Positions 57,977 through 64,000 of a stretch of DNA of 64,000 nucleotides are shown in pieces. Numbering within the stretch: the first letter of the stretch is position 1; each line of letters opens with the position of its first letter. The position numbers were made by a program, and so were the translations under genes. The stretch lies in the NCBI GenBank assembly GCA_963777445.1, contig CAVZQR010000016.1:4966-68965 (forward strand). Direction: 5' to 3'. The stretch is from Candidatus Dormiibacterota bacterium. GTDB taxonomy: Bacteria > Chloroflexota > Dormibacteria > Aeolococcales > Aeolococcaceae. The notes under the pieces were generated by a model, which worked only from the letters and a program-made list of their open reading frames with translations, made no database searches and had not been told where the DNA came from.

Positions 57977-59490
57977 TGGGTTGCGGGGGAGACGTTGCTC
58001 CGTGAACGCAGCAGCACCACCGCGACGACTCCCCAGACCAGGGCTGTAGCGCCGCAGCGGAGCAGAATGGCCACAACGTCGAGGTGGCCTGGATGCAAAC
58101 CCGAAACACCCATGTCGAGCACGACGGTCACCGCGACCGCAACCACCAGCACCAGCGCCATCTTCAGGTAGAGCGAGCCGCGCTGACGGACACCACTATC
58201 CCAGATGTATGGAGCAGCCGCCTCGAAGATAACCACGGCCACGAGGAACTGCACCCAGACGTCATTGATCGCGATTGCCTGCGGGCCCCACCCGGCCCGC
58301 AGAACACCCACGTTCGCGACGATATTGACTAAAAGTGCGACGATCCAAATGGAGAGGTGGCGCTTCTGACGGTTGACCCGCTTTGAATCGAGCACGAGCG
58401 AGGGAACGGTGGCGATCGGTAGGAGCAGGATCGTCAGCGCCAGGATGTCGAACAACCGGATGGAGCCCGCAAAGGTGGGGAGGAACGCCATGACAAGCGG
58501 TGCAAACCCCGCCTGGCCGAGGCCCGCGACGCCTGCCGCGATGAGCGCCATCGCGATCGTGATCCGCTCGGCGTGGCGAGACCACGTCGGCCCGCTGGCG
58601 CCACGGCTGAGCTCCCGCCAAATGGTCGGCAACAGCACCGCCTGGATACCGCCGATCGCGCTGGTGGCGACTGCAATCGGGGCAGCGGCGAACGTGTAGA
58701 GGCCCAGGATGGACGAGGACGCTGCGATCGCGATGGACGAACTGCCCACGAGACGATAGGCCCAGTAGACCTCCGCGAGCAGACCAAGCGGGAATCCGAC
58801 GCGCAGGAAGGGGCGCGCCGCCCGCGTGTCGAACGACGGACGCAGTCGCAACGGCGGACGGAAGACGAAGTAGAGCACCGCGGTCAGCAGTGAGGCCAGG
58901 GCGGGCGCGAGGAACACGCCGGTAGTCCCGAGGGCGGCGACCAGCGCGACCAGGAGAAGCGGGCCGAGGATGGCCTGGGCGACGGCCACCTTGCCGACGA
59001 CATCGAACCGAGAGCGCGCCGACCACAACGTGGAGAGAAAGCTGCTGCCGCTCGATGCGATCACCGCGACCGGCGCGAGGAACAAGCCGAGCCGGACCGC
59101 ACCGGGGGAAAGGAAGAGCCCGACAATCGCGAGCGCAACACCGGGCAGCGCGGAGACGACCAGTTCAAACGACACGCCGACGTTCTGCGCGCGCCGTGCC
59201 TCATCGCTCTCGCTGCGGGCGAGATGGTCGATGAATGCCCGAATCGAGCCTTCGAAGACACCGCTCCGCATCAACGTCGCGTATAGGTAGATGAGCAGAA
59301 CGAACTGCCCGTCCCCATATCGAGCCGGACCAAGCCAGTGGGCAGCGAGGAACCCTGCGCCGACGGCGAGCACTGAGCCGATCAGCGATGCGCCGGACAG
59401 GCCCGACGCCGAGCGCAGGATCCGCCGCAACCCGAGGCTCTCGAGCGGATCGGGTACTCCGGCTTCAACGGGAAGCTGCTCCCCGGTCAC
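57973..59490 (-). CDS. Wzx-like oligosaccharide flippase (polysaccharide biosynthesis protein, MOP superfamily)
   Basis: Start placed at GTG 59490 (GTGA overlap with the upstream GT2 stop). About 12-14 TM helices. N-terminal 'LRRILRSASGLSGASLIGSVLAVGAGFLAAHWLGPARYG' is typical of Wzx/RfbX. Confidence 0.72.
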   Translation of the reverse strand: MTGEQLPVEAGVPDPLESLGLRRILRSASGLSGASLIGSVLAVGAGFLAAHWLGPARYGDGQFVLLIYLYATLMRSGVFEGSIRAFIDHLARSESDEARRAQNVGVSFELVVSALPGVALAIVGLFLSPGAVRLGLFLAPVAVIASSGSSFLSTLWSARSRFDVVGKVAVAQAILGPLLLVALVAALGTTGVFLAPALASLLTAVLYFVFRPPLRLRPSFDTRAARPFLRVGFPLGLLAEVYWAYRLVGSSSIAIAASSSILGLYTFAAAPIAVATSAIGGIQAVLLPTIWRELSRGASGPTWSRHAERITIAMALIAAGVAGLGQAGFAPLVMAFLPTFAGSIRLFDILALTILLLPIATVPSLVLDSKRVNRQKRHLSIWIVALLVNIVANVGVLRAGWGPQAIAINDVWVQFLVAVVIFEAAAPYIWDSGVRQRGSLYLKMALVLVVAVAVTVVLDMGVSGLHPGHLDVVAILLRCGATALVWGVVAVVLLRSRSNVSPATQ

Positions 59491-60470
59491 CACCGACGGC
59501 GGCGAGCGGCGTCGCCAATCCTGACCGCGAGGGCGGGTGAGGCGAGGATGAGTTCGGCTTCGATGATGAAGCGAGGCGATCCGGGCAGGCTCGCGAGCGC
59601 AGCCCCTCTCGCCTTCCACGGGCGCCGCTCGCGTGCGTGAGCGTAGGCCGCAGCCAATGACCGCCGGCTCTTCATCCACGAGAGGGCTTCCTGCGCGACG
59701 ACCCGCTGCTGGTCGTTGCCGGCTTCCTTCACCGCTCGCTCGAGGACCCGTGCGTAGGTGTCGAAGATATCGGTCCGGTGACTCAGCCCAGAGGAATCCA
59801 CGCGGTAGAGGAGGGTGGGCGCAGTTGCGCCATGGACCCTCAGCCCCGCTCTGATCAGGCGTATCCAGAGATCCCAGTCCTCCGCGCCCGAGACACCGTC
59901 GCGAAAGCCACCGGCCGCCTCATACGCCGCACGGGGAAACAGCGCGCCGATAGACACGAAGTTGTGGCGCAGGATGCCGAGCAGTTGGTGTTGCGGCTCC
60001 GGGATGGGAAAGTGGTCGCGCTGGGTTGCTCCTCGAACCCCCTCGCCGGGATGCCAGCGCAGCGCGTCCGCGCACACGATGCCGCCGGTTCGCGCGTGGA
60101 GCGCTGCGAGTGACGAGAGATGATTCGGCAACCAGACGTCGTCAGCATCCAGCAGAGCGATCAACGGGGCGTCGATGCGAGCTATGGCCGCGCGCCGAGC
60201 GGCCGCCGGGCCGGAATTGCGCTCCAGACGGACGACCTCGACCGGCAGCAATCCCTGCCATCGCTTCGCGAGCGCAGCGGTGCCGTCGTCCGAGTGGTCG
60301 TCGCCCACGATCACAGCGGCCGGAACGAGCGTCTGGGAGGCCACGGACGCGAGCGCGGCACCGAGCGTCCCCGCGGAGTTGTAGGCCGGGATCACGACAC
60401 CGATCGCGTTGACGGGGCCCGGCGAGGCGACGGCAGCGGCGCGAGGCTGCCGTTGCGGCTCCGTCGTCAT
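59487..60470 (-). CDS. GT2 family glycosyltransferase
   Basis: 'IGVVIPAYNSAGTLGAALASV', 'GDDHSDDGT' and 'LLDADDVWLPNHL'. Start taken at ATG 60470 to avoid overlap with the divergent gene. The ORF is open to 60551. Confidence 0.8.
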   Translation of the reverse strand: MTTEPQRQPRAAAVASPGPVNAIGVVIPAYNSAGTLGAALASVASQTLVPAAVIVGDDHSDDGTAALAKRWQGLLPVEVVRLERNSGPAAARRAAIARIDAPLIALLDADDVWLPNHLSSLAALHARTGGIVCADALRWHPGEGVRGATQRDHFPIPEPQHQLLGILRHNFVSIGALFPRAAYEAAGGFRDGVSGAEDWDLWIRLIRAGLRVHGATAPTLLYRVDSSGLSHRTDIFDTYARVLERAVKEAGNDQQRVVAQEALSWMKSRRSLAAAYAHARERRPWKARGAALASLPGSPRFIIEAELILASPALAVRIGDAARRRRW

Positions 60471-60499
60471 CGGCCCAAGGGTACCCGCAGGAATCGGCG

Positions 60500-61615
60500 G
60501 TGGGTTGCGACTGGCGCTCTCTATCATCTCCACTCGTGAGCGCCCACACATACGGCAACCCGGAATTCCAGATCGCAGCGAGGGCTGTCGGGCCCGGTCA
60601 TCCGTGCTACGTCATCGCCGAGGCGGGCTCGAACCACAACCGCGACCTCGACACAGCATTCCGGCTCATCGATGTTGCGGCCGAGGCGGGCGCAGACGCC
60701 GTCAAGTTCCAGACCTACACGGCCGAGGGGCTCTACTCGCGGCGCACACCGGACATGCGCTACCTGAAGGATCAGGGGCTGGTCGGCGACCGGGAGTCGG
60801 TGTGGGAGTTGATCAAGCGTGTCGAGATCCCGTGGGAGTGGCACCACGACCTGGCTGCCCACGCGGCAGCGGCGAGGATCACGTTCTTTTCGACACCCTT
60901 CCAGGAGGAGGCGGTCGATCTCCTCGAGGGGATCGGTGTTCCGGCCTTCAAGATCGCCTCGTACGAGATCAACCATCTGCCCCTGATCGAGCGAGCGGCT
61001 CGAACCGGAAAGCCGCTGCTCATCTCGACGGGCATGGCCTCGCTCGGCGACATCGAACGTGCACTCGATACCGCCGCCGCCGCCGGGGCACGCGACCTGA
61101 TGGTGATGCATTGCGCCGTGAACTACCCGCCGCGGTTCGAGGACCTCAACCTCCGCGCCATTCCCACCCTGGAATCGGCGTTCCACATCCCGGTGGGCTG
61201 GTCGGATCACACCCCGGGCCACACCGCGGATGTGGTCGCCGTCGCACTCGGCGCCTGCGCAGTGGAGAAGCACTTCACGCTGAGCCGCAACCAGGCGGGT
61301 CCGGACCATCCCTTCGCGCTCGAGCCGGACGAGCTCGCTGCCATGGTCAAAGCCATCCGTGAGACCGAGGCATCACTTGGATCGAGCGTCAAGCGTGTCA
61401 CCGAAGCCGAGGCGGAGATGTTCCGGCTCGGGCGCCGCAGCCTCGTTGCCAGCCGCGATGTCGCCGCCGGGGCAGCGCTCACCCGAGATGATCTTGCGAT
61501 CAAACGGCCGGGCTTCGGCATCCCCGTGCACGACATCGACCAGGTGATCGGACGCCACGTCGCGCACCCTGTAGCGCAGGACGAGGTGCTCCAATGGGAC
61601 GACCTGGTTCGTTGA
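60500..61615 (+). CDS. N-acetylneuraminate synthase family protein (NeuB/PseI/LegI-like) with C-terminal SAF domain
   Basis: 'CYVIAEAGSNHNRDLDTAFRLIDVAAEAGADAVKFQTY' and 'GWSDHTPG'. SAF-like 'RRSLVASRDVAAGAALTRDDLAIKRPG'. GTG 60500 has AGGA 7 nt upstream. An alternative start is GTG 60536. Confidence 0.85.
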   Translation: MGCDWRSLSSPLVSAHTYGNPEFQIAARAVGPGHPCYVIAEAGSNHNRDLDTAFRLIDVAAEAGADAVKFQTYTAEGLYSRRTPDMRYLKDQGLVGDRESVWELIKRVEIPWEWHHDLAAHAAAARITFFSTPFQEEAVDLLEGIGVPAFKIASYEINHLPLIERAARTGKPLLISTGMASLGDIERALDTAAAAGARDLMVMHCAVNYPPRFEDLNLRAIPTLESAFHIPVGWSDHTPGHTADVVAVALGACAVEKHFTLSRNQAGPDHPFALEPDELAAMVKAIRETEASLGSSVKRVTEAEAEMFRLGRRSLVASRDVAAGAALTRDDLAIKRPGFGIPVHDIDQVIGRHVAHPVAQDEVLQWDDLVR

Positions 61616-62088
61616 CGGTCGAACGCAAAACTCCTGACGTGACGTTGCGCGCGGCACGTGAGGATGACGTCACTTTGGTTAGAGCGTTGCGGAACGACGC
61701 CGACGCCGTCCGGTTCAGCGCGAGCGCACGTCCCGTCTCCGACGCCGAGCATGCTCGCTGGTTCCGTTCGGCACTCGCCGATCCACTCACGCACCTCTGG
61801 GTGGCCGAGGAGAACCGTGTCGCGGTCGGTCAGGTGCGCGTGGATGTCGACGGCGAAACCGGGGTGTTCTCGATCGCCGTCGCGGCCGCAGCGCGCGGGC
61901 GTGGCCTCGGTCAGGCGATGCTCCGGCTCGCGCTCGCGGAAATCGAACGGCAACCTCGTATCACCACCATGAGAGCCGTGACGCACCCCGACAACCCGGC
62001 TTCGATACGCGCATTTGAACAGGTCGGGTTCAGGCGTCGCGAGGTCGCTGAGGATGGGTTCGTCGTCCTCGAACTGGAGCTGGGCTGA
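61594..62088 (+). CDS. GNAT N-acetyltransferase (PseH-like by context)
   Basis: 'IAVAAAARGRGLGQAMLRLAL' and 'NPASIRAFEQVGFRR'. It follows the NeuB-like gene with a 22-nt overlap. Confidence 0.75.
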   Translation: MGRPGSLTVERKTPDVTLRAAREDDVTLVRALRNDADAVRFSASARPVSDAEHARWFRSALADPLTHLWVAEENRVAVGQVRVDVDGETGVFSIAVAAAARGRGLGQAMLRLALAEIERQPRITTMRAVTHPDNPASIRAFEQVGFRRREVAEDGFVVLELELG

Positions 62089-62098
62089 TGTCCTGGTC

Positions 62099-63049
62099 AT
62101 GAGGGCGCTGGTGCTCGGCTGTGGGTCGATCGGAGCCCGGCATGCGCGCAATCTCGCCTGGCTCGATGTCGAGCTGATGGTCAGCGACCCCGCTGCGGAT
62201 CGTGCTCTGGCTGTCGCCGGCGAGTTGGGTGCGACCGTCGTTGAACGAAGCGAAGCTTCCGCCGACATTGCGATTGTCGCAACACCAACGATAGAACACG
62301 CGGCGGACCTCGAGTGGTGCCTCGCCCGGGGCATGCACACGTTCGTCGAGAAGCCGCTTGCGGCCACGCGCGAGGAACTGGAGCGCGCCGTCGCCTCCGC
62401 GGGAGCAAGTGATCGGGTCACGATGGTCGCCTGCAATCTGCGCTTCACCGAAGGCTACCGATCTCTGCGGTCAAACCTTGCTCACATCGGCCGGATCATC
62501 AGCATCGTCGCGGACTTCGGCTGGTATCTCCCCGCGTGGCGCCCGCGGGATGACTACAGGGCCGGCTACGGGGCCACGCGGGCGACCGGCGGGGGCATCG
62601 TCCTCGACGCGGGAATTCATGAACTCGACTATGTGCTCGACCTCGCCGGTCCTGTCAGCCTGGTCGGAGGCCTCTGGACCGCGAGCGGTTCGCTCGGCAT
62701 CGAGGTGGAAGATGCGGCGGACATTCAGCTCCGCCACGTGAACGGGTGTATCTCGCAGATTCACGTCGACTATCTGCGACGAGCCTATACGCGGACGTGC
62801 ACGCTCGTGGGCGCTGACGGTACCCTGGTGTGGAACTTCGCGGACGGTACGATCACGGTGACCCGCGAACCCGGTGAACCCCCGCTCGAGGTCTCCGAAC
62901 TGGACCGTGACCGGAACACGATGTACGTCGAGGAGATGCGGCACTTTCTCAAGTGCGTCGCGACGGGTCATAACGAGGTGAACCCCGTCGCCTCGGCGGC
63001 GGCAACGACCGCCGTGGCACTGCAGGTGCTCGAGCAAGGTGGATCATGA
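62099..63049 (+). CDS. Gfo/Idh/MocA family oxidoreductase
   Basis: ATG 62099 gives 'MRALVLGCGSIGARHARNL' (Rossmann) and 'VEKPLA'. The ORF is open from 62015 but that part overlaps the GNAT gene. Confidence 0.8.
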   Translation: MRALVLGCGSIGARHARNLAWLDVELMVSDPAADRALAVAGELGATVVERSEASADIAIVATPTIEHAADLEWCLARGMHTFVEKPLAATREELERAVASAGASDRVTMVACNLRFTEGYRSLRSNLAHIGRIISIVADFGWYLPAWRPRDDYRAGYGATRATGGGIVLDAGIHELDYVLDLAGPVSLVGGLWTASGSLGIEVEDAADIQLRHVNGCISQIHVDYLRRAYTRTCTLVGADGTLVWNFADGTITVTREPGEPPLEVSELDRDRNTMYVEEMRHFLKCVATGHNEVNPVASAAATTAVALQVLEQGGS

Positions 63050-63060
63050 CAGGAGAGACA

Positions 63061-64000
63061 ATGACCAACGCTGCGGCCGACACACTGCTTGATCGCGCGC
63101 GCCGCGTTCTCCCGGGGGTCGCGCAAACCTACAGCAAGGGTCCGGATCAGTTCGTGGAGGGCCTGTACCCGGTATTCCTGGAGAGTGGTGACGGCTGCCG
63201 CGTGCGCGACCGCGAAGGGCGCGAGTGGATCGACTACCCCCTCGCCCTGGGCCCGATCATCCTCGGCTACAACGACCCAGAGGTCAACGCTGCGGTCCAC
63301 GCCCAGGTTGAGCGCGGCCCGGTCTTCTCGCTCTGCAACCCGCTCGAGGTCGAGGTCGCCGAACGGCTGGTGGCGATGATTCCGGCTGCGGAGGGGGTTC
63401 GATTTCTCAAGACGGGCTCCGAGGCGACGACCGCAGCGGTGCGGCTCGCGCGTGCGTACACCGGGCGCGATCGGGTCGCTCAGTGCGGCTATCACGGCTG
63501 GCACGATTGGTGCATCGGGCACACCTTGCGGAATGCGGGTATCCCCTCCTCATCGCGGGCGCTGACTCACCAGTGGAATTACAACGACATCAACTCGTTG
63601 GAGCGGATCTTTGCCGACCACCCCGGTGAGGTTGCGGCAATCGTCATGGAGCCGATCGGCGTCGAGGATCCGGCTGTCGGATTTCTCGAGGCTGTGCGCG
63701 ACCTTGCGCACCGCTCGGGATCCCTCCTGATCTACGACGAGATCATCACCGGCTTCCGGCTCGCGCCGGGAGGGGCTCAGGAGTATTTCGGAGTCACACC
63801 GGACCTGGCCGCGTTCGGCAAGGGGATCGCCAACGGCTATCCACTCGCGGCGGTGGTCGGACGAGCGGACATCATGGAGCAGATCGCCACGACGACGTTC
63901 ATCTCGAGCACATTTGGTGGCGATGCCGTGTCGCTGGCGGCCGCGTCGGCGACGCTCGCGCGCATTCAAGCCGGGGGAGTGTGTGAGCACCTCTGGCTCG
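63061..64000 (+). CDS. Class III PLP-dependent aminotransferase (glutamate-1-semialdehyde aminomutase-like), 3'-truncated by the window end
   Basis: Hand translation from ATG 63061 (AGGAGAG upstream): 'MTNAAADTLLDRARRVLPGVAQTYSKGPDQF...GYHGWHDW...LIYDEIITGFR...AAFGKGIANGYPLAAV' (PLP-lysine context). It is absent from the ORF track because no stop is reached. Confidence 0.85.
   Translation, partial: MTNAAADTLLDRARRVLPGVAQTYSKGPDQFVEGLYPVFLESGDGCRVRDREGREWIDYPLALGPIILGYNDPEVNAAVHAQVERGPVFSLCNPLEVEVAERLVAMIPAAEGVRFLKTGSEATTAAVRLARAYTGRDRVAQCGYHGWHDWCIGHTLRNAGIPSSSRALTHQWNYNDINSLERIFADHPGEVAAIVMEPIGVEDPAVGFLEAVRDLAHRSGSLLIYDEIITGFRLAPGGAQEYFGVTPDLAAFGKGIANGYPLAAVVGRADIMEQIATTTFISSTFGGDAVSLAAASATLARIQAGGVCEHLWL

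Noticed and set aside
62968-63990. Minus-strand ORFs 62968..63522 and 63550..63990
   Set aside because: The plus strand from ATG 63061 translates into a clear class III aminotransferase that runs off the window. These ORFs are its antisense shadows.

Overview
High-GC (about two-thirds G+C by eye, not computed), gene-dense bacterial chromosomal window. I found no rRNA, CRISPR array, transposase, integrase or phage genes. Lineage cannot be resolved without a database search; a ClgR-type regulator, GT-C/PMT-like enzymes and high GC suggest an actinobacteria-like Terrabacteria genome. Positions 1-40 kb are mostly housekeeping: a sensor diguanylate cyclase, an AlkZ/YcaQ-like glycosylase, an Eis-like GNAT, leuS, a degraded mscL, two tandem GT-C membrane glycosyltransferases and tRNA-Leu(TAG). 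These are followed by tig, an ABC-2 exporter, clpP-clpX, valS, maf, a DUF11 lipoprotein, rplU-rpmA-obg-nadD-rsfS, a rhomboid protease, a class A PBP, an AAA+ ATPase and OsmC. The block ends with a clgR-like gene coupled to a second clpP, a MOSC protein, a D-Ala-D-Ala carboxypeptidase and an NTF2-like protein. Positions 40-64 kb are a surface-glycan locus. It holds a priming phosphoglycosyl transferase, a GT2-UDP-glucose dehydrogenase fusion ORF, UDP-glucuronate decarboxylase, GT2/GT4 enzymes, three methyltransferases and a GtrB-like plus GT-C-like pair. It also holds a Wzx-like flippase, a 593-aa orphan, and a NeuB-like/GNAT/oxidoreductase/aminotransferase module cut by the window end. The most unusual item is a translationally coupled set of four polytopic membrane proteins at 20.4-24.7 kb, preceded by a zinc-ribbon membrane protein. 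By eye they look like a divergent antiporter-type membrane arm (NuoL/HyfB-, HyfE-, NuoN/HyfF-, NuoH/HycD-like) with no peripheral-arm genes nearby. Other notable points: obg has no canonical start codon and lies in frame with rpmA across a single TGA; a ClgR-box-like 12-bp direct repeat straddles the clgR start; and at least five genes are interrupted by frameshifts, an in-frame stop or a deletion. All family assignments come from motif recognition by eye, with no searches run.
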